A stretch of 63,887 nucleotides of DNA, filler included, from Vicugna vicugna (GCA_013265495.1; 79 parts of 79 records of this genome joined end to end with filler, not necessarily neighbours in it), one strand, 5' to 3'; shown: positions 1 through 12,040, counted from the first letter of the whole stretch. Notes: a model not told the origin generated them from the letters alone. Program-made: numbers and translations.

Positions 1-508
1 TTAGAATATAGAAAACAGAATACTGAATATAGAATTTCAAAAATACAATGTTGAACACAGAATTTAGAGTAAAGAAAACAGAATTCTGAATATAGAATTT
101 AGAATATAGAATGTAGAACACAGAATATAGATATAGAATACAGAAAGTAGAACCCAGAATATTGAACATGGAATGCCTGACACAGAATTTAGAATATAGA
201 ATACAGAACACTGAATATAGAATTTAGAACATGGAAAGCAGAAGTCAGAGTATAGAATATAGAATACAGAATACTGAATATAGATTTTAGAACATGGAAT
301 GCAGAACCCAGAATATAGAATATAGAATACGGGATACTGAAAATAGAATTAAGAATATACAATGTAGAACACAGAATATAGAATATAGAGTATAATATAT
401 AATGTCCAGTATTTAGAACGTGGAATGCAGAACACAGAACTTAGAGTATATAATACAAAATATTGAATATAAAATTTAGATTATAGAATGTAGAACACAG
501 AATATGGA
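1..508 (+). repeat. Satellite E: heptamer (AGAATAT/AGAATAC/AGAACAC/AGAATTT/GGAATGC) satellite
   Basis: Continuous 7-bp periodicity of AGAA-nnn variants. Confidence 0.93.
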
Positions 509-608
509 NNNNNNNNNNNNNNNNNNNNNNNNNNNNNNNNNNNNNNNNNNNNTTAATTAATTAANNNNNNNNNNNNNNNNNNNNNNNNNNNNNNNNNNNN
601 NNNNNNNN
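509..608. other. Artificial scaffold-joining spacer N44-TTAATTAATTAA-N44 (first of ~78 copies; last at ~63700-63799)
   Basis: Identical palindromic 12-mer centred in 44+44 Ns (here 553-564). It gives TAA in all six frames and recurs between unrelated sequences throughout the window. Confidence 0.98.
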
Positions 609-1529
609 TGCTTGTCTTCCCTGATGGTATGTCTAGGCGTGAGTGCGGGGGTATGTGTTGTTTTGGCTCCAAAACCAAATATTTGCTAGTACCTCTCTAT
701 GGTTAGTGGAGGTGTTTAAACTACATCCCTAACCTGGGAACACCTGTGCCCCCATAAAGATCCGGGGAGTCTGTTTCCAGACCTCCAGCACACACACGAA
801 CACTTGCACAGTTATCCTGAGAGTGGGTAGCCTCCTCCAACAGACAGCAGGGCGTGGGTTCTAATATAATCGCTGAACTTGTCTTCCCTGTTTGGTTACC
901 TGATATGGAGTGCGGGGGAAAGTGGGGGTTGGGCTCTAAAACCAAGTATTAGCGAGGGCTTCTTCATGTGAAGTGAAGGTTATGAACCAAAAACCCACAA
1001 CCTGGGAATAACTGTGCTCCTTGAAATATGCGTGGACACTGTTTCCCCACCTCCAGCACACCCATGAAGAAGTCTTCTGGTATCCTGAGTGTGGGGAGGC
1101 ACCTCCAACTGAAAGCAGCATCTGGGATCTAATAGGATCCCTTCGGTTGACTTCCAGGAGTGTTTTCCAAGGACGGGCTGGGAGNNNNNNNNNNNNNNNN
1201 NNNNNNNNNNNNNNNNNNNNNNNNNNNNNNNNNNNNNNNNNNNNNNNNNNNAAGCACATTCCTGGAAACACCTGTGCCCCCATAAAGTTGCGTGGACTAT
1301 TTGTCCCCAACACCAGCACACACACAAAAACTTTTTCAGGTATCCGAAGAGTGGGGAGTCTCCTCCAACTCACAGCAGCGCCTGAGTTCTAATAGAATCC
1401 ATTAGCTTGTCTTCCCTGAAGGCTTGCCTATGCTGGAGAGTGGGGGAAAGTGGGGGTTGGGCTTGAAGTCCAATTAGCAACGAAATCCCCCAGATTTACA
1501 GAGGAAGTACTTAGAGGATTTCACACTAA
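609..1529 (+). repeat. Satellite D: diverged ~260-268-bp monomers related to satellite A
   Basis: Anchor TCCTGAG.GTGGG at 815, 1083 and ~1343. Aligns to the A core TCCTGAGCGTGGGGAGGTTCCACCAAC...GGGTTCTAA.GGAAT. Confidence 0.88.
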
Positions 1530-2525
1530 NNNNNNNNNNNNNNNNNNNNNNNNNNNNNNNNNNNNNNNNNNNNTTAATTAATTAANNNNNNNNNNNNNNN
1601 NNNNNNNNNNNNNNNNNNNNNNNNNNNNNGGAAAGGTCTGAGGAGGCTGTAAGGTATCTTCATTCCCATTAATTGAAAAAAACAAATCTTACCACAGGCA
1701 TGCGTGGGAAAGGTTTTGTTCTAACAAGGGAAGGGACTTGCCAAGGTCTGGCCATAGAGGGCTGGTGGGCTTGCCAGGTTGATGAGGAACCAAGAGGTCG
1801 TTAGCCTCCCCTGGGTCTAAACACTACCTGAATTCCTCCAGGTGACACTTAAATGCAGTGAGACATGGAACCCTCTCAAGTTGTTAAAATATTCATGGTG
1901 AGCCATTCAACTCTCTCCTCACTCTTGGCTATGAAAGCACGATAAACACAGGTGGGAATCTCATNNNNNNNNNNNNNNNNNNNNNNNNNNNNNNNNNNNN
2001 NNNNNNNNNNNNNNNNNNNNNNNNNNNNNNNNNNNNNNNNNNNNNNNNNNNNNNNNNNNNNNNNNNNNNNNNNNNNNNNNNNNNNNNNNNNNNNNNNNNN
2101 NNNNNNNNNNNNNNNNNNNNNNNNNNNNNNNNNNNNNNNNNNNNNNNNNNNNNNNNNNNNNNNNNNNNNNNNNNNNNNNNNNNNNNNNNNNNNNNNNNNN
2201 NNNNNNNNNNNNNNNNNNNNNNNNNNNNNNNNNNNNNNNNNNNNNNNNNNNNNNNNNNNNNNNNNNNNNNNNNNNNNNNNNNNNNNNNNNNNNNNNNNNN
2301 NNNNNNNNNNNNNNNNNNNNNNNNNNNNNNNNNNNNNNAATCGTGTCGGCAGGAAGGCCAGTACCGCCCTCTTGGGGTCACCCCGAGCCGCCTCTGTCTA
2401 TAACTGTCCTAGCGCCCCAGGGGATNNNNNNNNNNNNNNNNNNNNNNNNNNNNNNNNNNNNNNNNNNNNTTAATTAATTAANNNNNNNNNNNNNNNNNNN
2501 NNNNNNNNNNNNNNNNNNNNNNNNN

Positions 2526-2785
2526 GATTGATAGAGACATGGTAGAGAGATAGAGATATTAGATAGAAAACACTGAAACAGACTGAAAGATATGGAAAAA
2601 AATTTATGTTTACCAATGTGGATGGGAAGGACAATTTTATGTTATGATATTGAGAGATCTAATGTAGTATACATAAAGGATAGAAGCAACAAGGGTAATC
2701 TTTATAGATCAGGGAATTATACACAATAACTTATAATAATTGAATGTTAAAAGTATTGCAATAATTTATAGTGCAATATAATCCA
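2526..2785 (+). mobile_element. Degraded LINE-1 3' UTR fragment preceded by a GATA-rich tract
   Basis: GAAACAGACT...TTTATGTTTACCAA...ATAGATCAGGGAATTATACACAATAACTT resembles the cetartiodactyl L1 3' end (compare reverse complement of 63430-63610). Confidence 0.7.
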
Positions 2786-3169
2786 CNNNNNNNNNNNNNN
2801 NNNNNNNNNNNNNNNNNNNNNNNNNNNNNNNNNNNNNNNNNNNNNNNNNNNNNNNNNNNNNNNNNNNNNNNNNNNNNNNNNNNNNNNNNNNNNNNNNNNN
2901 NNNNNNNNNNNNNNNNNNNNNNNNNNNNNNNNNNNNNNNNNNNNNNNNNNNNNNNNNNNNNNNNNNNNNNNNNNNNNNNNNNNNNNNNNNNNNNNNNNNN
3001 NNNNNNNNNNNNNNNNNNNCTTTTTAATCCATATAGTATAGTAGCATTTAAGAACATATCCAAAGAAACNNNNNNNNNNNNNNNNNNNNNNNNNNNNNNN
3101 NNNNNNNNNNNNNTTAATTAATTAANNNNNNNNNNNNNNNNNNNNNNNNNNNNNNNNNNNNNNNNNNNN

Positions 3170-4094
3170 CTTTGAAATAGTTCCTGTGACTTCGTATCTT
3201 CTTCCTCTCACCAGGTTCAAGAATCACATTTGACCCAAGAAAAACCCTCTGGAATGAATTCTACCCTAGAGATATGTAATTTGAATAGATTCCATCAACA
3301 TGATATTCAATGTTATGTACTTGCTACATTCATAATGTATTCGACAAACATGCATTCCTGAGTTGTGAGCATGTAGATTACTGATCTTTCATTCTCTATA
3401 AAAAGAATATTTTCAGCTGGACTTTTGTCCACATTTTCACAAGCTTTCCCTAACACAAGTTACGAATTCATGCATTTTTATCACAGAAAAATACTTCTGG
3501 AGTGATTTCCACCTAACAGATATGTACTTTACATGAATTCCAACAACATGGCATTCCGGGTTCCGTACATGCTACATGTATGACTGTTTCGGCAAACATG
3601 CGTTTCTGTGTTGTGAGCATGTGGATTACTGATCTTTCATCCACCAAACAAGGCTTATATACACTTAGAAATATTTACTTTGACTTCAATCGTGTTTTCT
3701 ATCACCAGATTCTAAAATCGGGCATTAGGCACCAGAAAACACTCTTTGAGCGAATTCTCAACAATACACATGTAATTTACATTGTTTACATAACAAGGGC
3801 ATTCCGTATTTCGAACGTTTCATGCAACACGGATTCCTCAAACATGCATTTCTGTGTTGTGATCATTCACATGACTCTAGTTTCAACCAGCAACAAGTTA
3901 CCAATGCACTTTGATATAATTACTTTGACTTCAAACTTCTTCCTATCACCAGTATCAACAATCACACTTTGATTCCAGAAAAACACTCTTGGAACATATT
4001 CTACCCTAGAGATATTTAATTTGAATAGATTCCATCTAAAATGATTCCCTTTTCCGTACATGCTACATACATGGCGGATTAGACAAACATGCAT
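3170..4094 (+). repeat. Satellite C: ~740-bp higher-order repeat of three ~245-248-bp monomers
   Basis: AAACATGC anchor at 3346, 3594, 3840 and 4085. CTACCCTAGAGATAT recurs only at 3261 and 4001 (740 bp apart). Confidence 0.9.
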
Positions 4095-4194
4095 NNNNNN
4101 NNNNNNNNNNNNNNNNNNNNNNNNNNNNNNNNNNNNNNTTAATTAATTAANNNNNNNNNNNNNNNNNNNNNNNNNNNNNNNNNNNNNNNNNNNN

Positions 4195-5664
4195 CCTGAG
4201 CGTGGGGAGGTTCCACCAACGGTCGGCAGCGCCTGGGTAATAACGGAATGCCTACGCTCGTCTCATCTGAGGATTTTCCTAATATCTCTGTGCCAGGGAA
4301 TGCTAGGGGTGATTGCAGGATATCCCAGTGTCAGAGGCTGCCTCCCCAAGGTCAGGGAAGTTATTTCTCGGACTTCCCCGAACAGGGAACACCTGTGACT
4401 GAAGAGAGCTGCGTGGAGTTGTCTCTCGANNNNNNNNNNNNNNNNNNNNNNNNNNNNNNNNNNNNNNNNNNNNNNNNNNNNNNNNNNNNNNNNNNNNNNN
4501 NNNNNNNNNNNNNNNNNNNNNNNNNNNNNNNNNNNNNNNNNNNNNNNNNNNNNNNNNNNNNNNNNNNNNNNNNNNNNNNNNNNNNNNNNNNNNNNNNNNN
4601 NNNNNNNNNNNNNNNNNNNNNNNNNNNNNNNNNNNNNNNNNNNNNNNNNNNNNNNNNNNNNNNNNNNNNNNNNNNNNNNNNNNNNNNNNNNNNNNNNNNN
4701 NNNNNNNNNNNNNNNNNNNNNNNNNNNNNNNNNNNNNNNNNNNNNNNNNNNNNNNNNNNNNNNNNNNNNNNNNNNNNNNNNNNNNNNNNNNNNNNNNNNN
4801 NNNNNNNNNNNNNNNNNNNNNNNNNNNNNNNNNNNNNNNNNNNNNNNNNNNNNNNNNNNNNNNNNNNNNNNNNNNNNNNNNNNNNNNNNNNNNNNNNNNN
4901 NNNNNNNNNNNNNNNNNNNNNNNNNNNNNNNNNNNNNNNNNNNNNNNNNNNNNNNNNNNNNNNNNNNNNNNNNNNNNNNNNNNNNNNNNNNNNNNNNNNN
5001 NNNNNNNNNNNNNNNNNNNNNNNNNNNNNNNNNNNNNNNNNNNNNNNNNNNNNNNNNNNNNNNNNNNNNNNNNNNNNNNNNNNNNNNNNNNNNNNNNNNN
5101 NNNNNNNNNNNNNNNNNNNNNNNNNNNNNNNNNNNNNNNNNNNNNNNNNNNNNNNNNNNNNNNNNNNNNNNNNNNNNNNNNNNNNNNNNNNNNNNNNNNN
5201 NNNNNNNNNNNNNNNNNNNNNNNNNNNNNNNNNNNNNNNNNNNNNNNNNNNNNNNNNNNNNNNNNNNNNNNNNNNNCTCGTCTCCCCTGAGGCTTTTCCT
5301 AATGTCTCTGTGCCAGGGAATGCTAGGGGTGATTGCAGGATATCCCTGTGTCCGAGGCGGCCTCCCCAAGGTCAGGGAAGGTGTTTCTCGGACTTAACCG
5401 AACAGGGAACACCTGTTTCTGAAGAGAGCTGCGTGGAGTTATCTCTCAAGTTCCCCAAGCACTGACAATGTTTCCGGAATACTGAGCGTGGGGAGGTTCC
5501 ACCTACGGTCGGCAGCGTTTGAGTTCTAACGGAATGCCTAAGCTCGTCTCCCCTGAGGGTTTTCCTAACGTCTCTGCGTCAGGGAATTCTAGGGGTGATT
5601 GCAGGGTATCCCAGTGTCAAGGCTTCCTCCCCAAGGACAGGGAAGTTATTTCTCGGACTTCCCC
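4195..5664 (+). repeat. Satellite A (267-bp GC-rich monomer), gapped
   Basis: GAAGAGAGCTGCGTGGAGTT and TGAGCGTGGGGAGGTTCCACC motifs on both sides of the gap. Confidence 0.93.
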
Positions 5665-6843
5665 NNNNNNNNNNNNNNNNNNNNNNNNNNNNNNNNNNNN
5701 NNNNNNNNTTAATTAATTAANNNNNNNNNNNNNNNNNNNNNNNNNNNNNNNNNNNNNNNNNNNNAATGTCTTTGGACCCCAAGTGCAGTTCTGGGTCAAA
5801 GTCATTAACATCAGACAGTTATTCCTAAATTACAGACCTACCCCAAATCATAGCATCATTTTCACACACTACTGAGCCTTCACTCTGTGCAGGGCCCTGG
5901 GCCAAGCTTCATGGTTCTTTCAGAACTTCCAGAGAGACCTAAAGCCTCTGGCCTCACTGCGCTCTCCCTCAATCAGTCTCAGGAGTGACTGAGCTGCCGG
6001 ACCCATTTTCACTGGGAGGGGACAGATCACTATGAGCCCGGAAGACAGGGGAGATGCTGTGAACCCTTCTCTCTTCAAAGCACCCATCGTGGCAACTCTA
6101 GGGGAGGTGTCTGTGAAGGCAGGTCTCAGGGAGAAGGTGAATCCATAGCAGTCCACGCAGCAGGACACCCCATCAGATTCCAGTCTCCTAACTGGGACTT
6201 CCTCTGGAGGAAAATCCTGAAACAGTCATTTCNNNNNNNNNNNNNNNNNNNNNNNNNNNNNNNNNNNNNNNNNNNNNNNNNNNNNNNNNNNNNNNNNNNN
6301 NNNNNNNNNNNNNNNNNNNNNNNNNNNNNNNNNNNNNNNNNNNNNNNNNNNNNNNNNNNNNNNNNNNNNNNNNNNNNNNNNNNNNNNNNAGGAGCTGACT
6401 CCGGCACGGTTAGTGGAACACAGGCTGCCTCCTGACACCTTCTCATCCTCCCTCGTGCTGTTACCCAACTCTTGTCCCACTCTGGAATTTTTTATGTTTA
6501 TTTTTTATCTTGTCTTGACAAGACTTCATGGTCCTTGGGGACCCCACTTCATCCTATATCTCTCATCGTCTCAAGCTCAGGACAGCAGACTGACCTACAG
6601 CTCCATGGTCCTCTCACACCCACCCCGGTACACTCCTTGGTCTCCCCCACTCTTCTGCCCACTACTGCTGGGCCCAGGCTCCCCTCTACCTTGCCCCACC
6701 AAGTTTAGAACCTTAAAGCCAAGGGTGCTGGTGGGAGACCTATNNNNNNNNNNNNNNNNNNNNNNNNNNNNNNNNNNNNNNNNNNNNTTAATTAATTAAN
6801 NNNNNNNNNNNNNNNNNNNNNNNNNNNNNNNNNNNNNNNNNNN

Positions 6844-7342
6844 ATCTATACAAGGCATATTTATATCTAGTAACGTTTACTCAGTTTCACAAGCTTTTTC
6901 TGACACCAGTTTCGTGTTCTTGCATTTTTCACAGAAAAGTACTCTTGGAGCGATTTCTACCCAATAGATATAGAACTTAAATAGATGCCATCAACATGAT
7001 ATTCCGTGTTCCGAACATGCTACACGCATGATAATTTCAACAAAAATGTATTTCTTCATCGGGAGCGGGTGGATAACTGATCTTTAGTCCTCTATTCAGG
7101 GCATATTTACATATGTAAACTGTTAATGCATTTCATAAACTGTTATTTCACAGATTTTTCATAACACCAGATTTGAATTGGTTCAATTTTAACAGAAAAA
7201 CCCTCCTGGAGCTATTTCTACCCAATAGATATGTAATTTTCATAGATCCCATTAAAATAAATTTTCATGTTCTGAATATTAAACATGCAAAACAGATTCA
7301 ACACACGAGCATTTCTGAGTTCACAGATTGTGGATTAATGAT
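6844..7342 (+). repeat. Satellite C, more diverged copy
   Basis: TTTCACAGAAAAGTACTCTTGGAGCGATTTCTACCCAATAGATAT and a second monomer about 270 bp downstream. Confidence 0.8.
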
Positions 7343-7442
7343 NNNNNNNNNNNNNNNNNNNNNNNNNNNNNNNNNNNNNNNNNNNNTTAATTAATTAANN
7401 NNNNNNNNNNNNNNNNNNNNNNNNNNNNNNNNNNNNNNNNNN

Positions 7443-8290
7443 GGATTGAAGGAGTTAATATTGTTTACATGGCAGTACTACACAATGGAACATATAGATT
7501 TAGTGCAATTCCTGTTAAGAAAGTGTAGTATTTCTCACAGAACAAGAAAATGAATAACTCTACGTTTTACATGAAACCATTAAAAATTGCCAAAATGATG
7601 TTGAGAAAAACAACAAATCTGAAGGTATAACCTCCCGGATACCTTACTATACTACAGTCATTCAGTAATAAAAACAACATGGCATTGACACAGTGATATA
7701 ATGAATAAAAACAGACACAGAGCCTAGAAATAATTCCACACAGCTATGAGTAATGAATCAATGATAAAAGAGGCAAGAGTACACAATGGAGAAAAGACTG
7801 TCTCATCAATGGATGGTGTTGGGAAAGCTGGACATGTACATGTAAAACAGTGAAATTAGAACACTCCTTGACATCATATACAAAAATAAACTCCAAGTGT
7901 ATTAAGAACCTAAATATAAGACCTGAAACTATAAAACTGCTAGAAAGGGATATAGGTGATACTCTATTGGNNNNNNNNNNNNNNNNNNNNNNNNNNNNNN
8001 CAGTCTCCTAAGGCAAAAGAAATAAAAGCAAAACTAAGCAAATGGCACCTAAACAAACCTGAAAACTTCTGCACAGTTAAGGACAATATCATTGAAATGA
8101 AAACACTGCCTGCGTAATTGGAGAACATATTTGCAAACATTGCAAGTGACCAGGGGTTAATAGATGTAGGTTAATGGATGTAAAATGGATTTAGGTTACC
8201 CAACTCCATATGAAAAACAAAAACCCAATCAAAAAAAGAGCAGAATACCTGAGCTAATATTTTTCTAAAGAAAACATACAGATGAGTAAC
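7443..8290 (+). mobile_element. LINE-1 ORF2 C-terminal-half fragment, degraded
   Basis: Start encodes a [24 protein letters not shown]-like segment. Typical AAAGACTGTCTCATCAAT.GATGGTGTTGGGAAAGCTGG, AAACTTCTGCACAG and AAAGAAAACATACAGATG motifs follow; multiple frameshifts and stops. Confidence 0.9.
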
Positions 8291-9285
8291 NNNNNNNNNN
8301 NNNNNNNNNNNNNNNNNNNNNNNNNNNNNNNNNNTTAATTAATTAANNNNNNNNNNNNNNNNNNNNNNNNNNNNNNNNNNNNNNNNNNNNTAAATGGGTG
8401 CTCAAATCCCCTGAACATTCATTGCAGAAATGCTTCCATTCCTACCCCATTTTAGTTAGTAAGAACGGCAGGCATCACAGGCACATAGGGCTTGACTCCT
8501 GCTTACCTTGGCAATTACACAGCCAGTGTTCAAAAGAAGACTTGTTTACTTCTAAGGTACAAAATTCCCATTTGTAAAAAATCTTTCTAGAATTATACAT
8601 GGTAGGCATTTTTCTCCCTTTAACTATAGCTTGTGCTTCCTAGGAAAATGCCAAATTACAAATGTAGATTAAAAAAAAAAGGTAGCCTTTCAGAATCAGG
8701 ATCCCAAGTTCTTTCCCAATACAACTAACTCATCAGTCAATGATTCCTCAGGATTAACAATCACTCCATTTAAATGCAAATCTCTGGTAGGAGGATTAAG
8801 TCACTGAGCCCCAGGAACTGGATGGAAGGGGGCTGGGGACAGTATGGGGGAGCTGGTGGAAAAGTGGTCTGTAGACAGCACAAGGGGTCTGGGGAGACCA
8901 GGAGAAGAGGCATGCAGGAAAGGCAGACTTTCATTCCACTTCTCCTAGGCCTCAAGTGATGCCGAGTTTTCTGCCAGAAATTGCAAATCAGCTTGTCTCA
9001 CCTTTTTATTAGTGAGACAACTGCAGTAGTATTTCAGATTCCTGGAACAGAGATCAGAAAACAAACAAAAAACCCCAGTGAGTGGTGGAGGCATTCCCAT
9101 GAAACACTATATAGATCAATATCATCCATTTGCTTTTTTTAACAGATATATACCCACCATGTACCAGGAACTATCCTAGTTGTTANNNNNNNNNNNNNNN
9201 NNNNNNNNNNNNNNNNNNNNNNNNNNNNNTTAATTAATTAANNNNNNNNNNNNNNNNNNNNNNNNNNNNNNNNNNNNNNNNNNNN

Positions 9286-10039
9286 CTTGTATCCTGATCC
9301 CTTGCTGAAGTTATTTATTGTTCATATTAGTCTGTGTGGAGACCTTAGGACTCTATGCAGATTGTTATGTCATCAATACTGGGGAAAATTTTGCCTCTTT
9401 ATTTCCATTTTGCATTTCTTTTACTTCATTTTCTTTCCTTTCCCTTTCATCTTTTACTATGGAACAGAAGTGCTGAGAGTAGGAATCCTTGTGTTGTTCC
9501 AGAATTTACCCTGAAGGCTTTCAGCTTTTCCCCTAATATTATAAATTGTTATAAATTGCCTTACTATGTTGAGAGATGTTCCTATTGTACTCAAATTTAT
9601 GAGAGTTCTGATCATGAATGTATGTTGAATTTTGTCTAATTTTTTCTGTGTGTATTGACATGGTCCTGTGAATTTTGTTCTTCCTGTGTTAAATATGTGT
9701 CTTGCTGATTGACTTGTGTATGTTGAACAATCCTTGTGACTCGGGAAGGAACCCAAATGATCATCGTGAATAATCCTTTCTATTTATTGCTGATTATTGC
9801 TGTCTATCAATCTATCTATTTATCTATCTACCTATCTATCAAATTTATGCCTATGTATATATCCTTCTATCTAATTATTTATCTATCATCTATCAATAGA
9901 TAGCTTTAAATAGATGTAAACAGATAAGTGTTATTCTTTAGATTCCACATATAAAATGGCCTCATAGAATAACATTGGAAATGTTCCTTCCTCCTACATT
10001 TTTTGAAATAGTTGAGAGGAAAGAGGTTTTAATGAAGGC
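9286..10039 (-). mobile_element. LINE-1 ORF2 reverse-transcriptase-region fragment, degraded, interrupted at ~9800-9955
   Basis: Minus strand reads YEA...KGLFTMIIW/HDQVGF-like, AEKKLDKIQHTFMI and ESLQGKFWNNTRIPT (SGTRQGCP-like) segments. Confidence 0.85.
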
Positions 10040-10397
10040 NNNNNNNNNNNNNNNNNNNNNNNNNNNNNNNNNNNNNNNNNNNNTTAATTAATTAANNNNN
10101 NNNNNNNNNNNNNNNNNNNNNNNNNNNNNNNNNNNNNNNAGTTTTAGAAAGAAAGGAAAAAGGAGAAATCCCACCCCCTCACCAAACCCACCACACACTG
10201 GAAATCAGACCTTCCTTCAGCTTGTGCAAGGGTTCCTCGGCCATGCCAGCTCCAGGACTCCTGCCCTCATAGGACGGCAACAACACCTCTAAAGCACAGA
10301 ACCCCAGGCTTTGCTTCGATGTTGTGCCACAGTATCTTCATTTTCCCTTTCTTCAAGGTCAGAAAGATCCTGAAGCTGGTAGAATTTTGGTGATGAG

Positions 10398-10494
10398 TTT
10401 TTTTGTTTTTTGTTTTTTTTTAGGTACTGGCGGTTGATCCCAGGACCTCATGCATGCTAAGCACATGCTCTACCACTGAGTTACACCCCTACCC
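10398..10494 (-). mobile_element. Vic-1-type camelid tRNA-derived SINE with A-rich tail
   Basis: Reverse complement GGGTAGGGGTGTAACTCAGTGGTAGAGCATGTGCTTAGCATGCATGAGGTCCTGGGATCAACCGCCAGTACC followed by an A-rich tail; Pol III A-box and B-box-like motifs. Confidence 0.85.
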
Positions 10495-10748
10495 AGGACT
10501 CTGAATTAAAGTCAATTCTTCAAGATATTTTCTTATTATGAGTAAAAACTAAACTCCAGTAAGCCCACTTAATAGTAGAGGTGTCCCGTTGCTTCAAAAT
10601 CACGTAAGGCTCGCAAATGAATTACTAGATATGGACAACTATTTTTTANNNNNNNNNNNNNNNNNNNNNNNNNNNNNNNNNNNNNNNNNNNNTTAATTAA
10701 TTAANNNNNNNNNNNNNNNNNNNNNNNNNNNNNNNNNNNNNNNNNNNN

Positions 10749-11276
10749 TGCAAGTGACAAGAAACTTTGTGTTCCCTTCAAGCAAGGTGAAGATCGGCTT
10801 TCACACACAATTTTCTCTCAGAAGTGTGCATGTGGAGAGACGTTCGTTCATCCATCACAAGGGGAACTGGTTGCAGTGGAAACACTTACTCTGGTTTCTC
10901 AGTCTGTTTCCTAGTGCCGGTTTGAATTTCCTGCGGTTTGCACTGTAAAATCGAGTTGGAGCTTGTACCTCCCCATATATATGTATGATNNNNNNNNNNN
11001 NNNNNNNNNNNNNNNNNNNNNNNNNNNNNNNNNNNNNNNNNNNNNNNNNNNNNNNNNNNNNNNNNNNNNNNNNNNNNNNNNNNNNNNNNNNNNNNNNNNN
11101 NNNNNNNNNNNNNNNNNNNNNNNNNNNNNNNNNNNNNNNNNNNNNNNNNNNNNNNNNNNNNNNNNNNNNGTAGTTCCTGTCCTCTGTAAAACCGAGTTGC
11201 AGCTTTTACCTCCCCATATATATGTTTGGTATGGAGTTTGCAAGTGATAAGAAACTTTGTGTTCCCTTCAAGCTAG
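10749..11276 (+). repeat. Satellite B (249-bp monomer)
   Basis: AGAAACTTTGTGTTCCCTTCAAG and CATGTGGAGAGACGTTCGTTCATCC motifs. Confidence 0.92.
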
Positions 11277-11376
11277 NNNNNNNNNNNNNNNNNNNNNNNN
11301 NNNNNNNNNNNNNNNNNNNNTTAATTAATTAANNNNNNNNNNNNNNNNNNNNNNNNNNNNNNNNNNNNNNNNNNNN

Positions 11377-11721
11377 AAGTCAGAGTAAATATTTCTAAGT
11401 CTTTATACTCCTTGTTCGGAGCGTGAAAGGTCTATAATCCACATGCTCATAAGTCAGAAACGCATGATTGTCAAATCCGTCATACATGTAGAATGTAAGG
11501 AACCCGGAATGCCATGTTGTTTGAATACATGTAAATTACATATCTGTTAGGTGGAAATCGTTCCAGAACTATTTTTCTGTGAAAAATACACGAATTTGAA
11601 CCTGGTGTTAGGGAAAGCTTGTGAAAATGTGTACACGTGTCTAGATGAAAATATTCCTTGTACAGAGGATGAAAGATAAGTAATCCACATGCTCTCAACT
11701 CAGGAATGCATGTTTGTCAAA
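11377..11721 (-). repeat. Satellite C
   Basis: Reverse complement of 3340-3690 (e.g. TAATCCACATGCTCA, GGAACCCGGAATGCCATGTTG). Confidence 0.9.
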
Positions 11722-11834
11722 NNNNNNNNNNNNNNNNNNNNNNNNNNNNNNNNNNNNNNNNNNNNTTAATTAATTAANNNNNNNNNNNNNNNNNNNNNNN
11801 NNNNNNNNNNNNNNNNNNNNNTTCCATAAAAACA

Positions 11835-12040
11835 TCCTGAAAGAATTTGAAGGGCAGATTATACAGGTGTACAAATAGCCACCTTTCACAACACATTAGT
11901 CGATGTCTTTCCTATTTCTCTGTAACTCCTATGCTGCCAAACAAGCCACTAAGCAGCCTAGAGATCTGTAATGAAGTGTGCCTCTCTTTGCTACTTTCAT
12001 TGTTTTCATATCCACAGCATAATCGGTGCTAGGAAGAAAC
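11835..12040. repeat. Multicopy non-satellite segment, paralogous to 17780-17986
   Basis: About 200 bp align almost without gaps (GAAAGAATTTGAAGGGCAGA...CCACAGCATAATCGGTG.TAGGAAGAAAC) with scattered substitutions. Confidence 0.9.

Noticed and set aside
1..508. Heat-shock element array in satellite E
   Set aside because: GAA units are direct repeats at 7-bp spacing, not the alternating nGAAnnTTCn pattern.
553..564. Recurrent TTAATTAATTAA as a CRISPR-like repeat or recombination site
   Set aside because: Always centred in exactly 44+44 Ns and encodes six-frame stops. It is an assembly linker, so adjacency of scaffolds has no biological meaning.
4248..5465. Long ORFs (405 aa and similar at 25985-27133, 32890-34050)
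   Set aside because: They are read-throughs of N gaps; the real bases are satellite A.
10422..10494. tRNA gene
   Set aside because: Degenerate stems and an A-rich tail indicate a tRNA-derived SINE.
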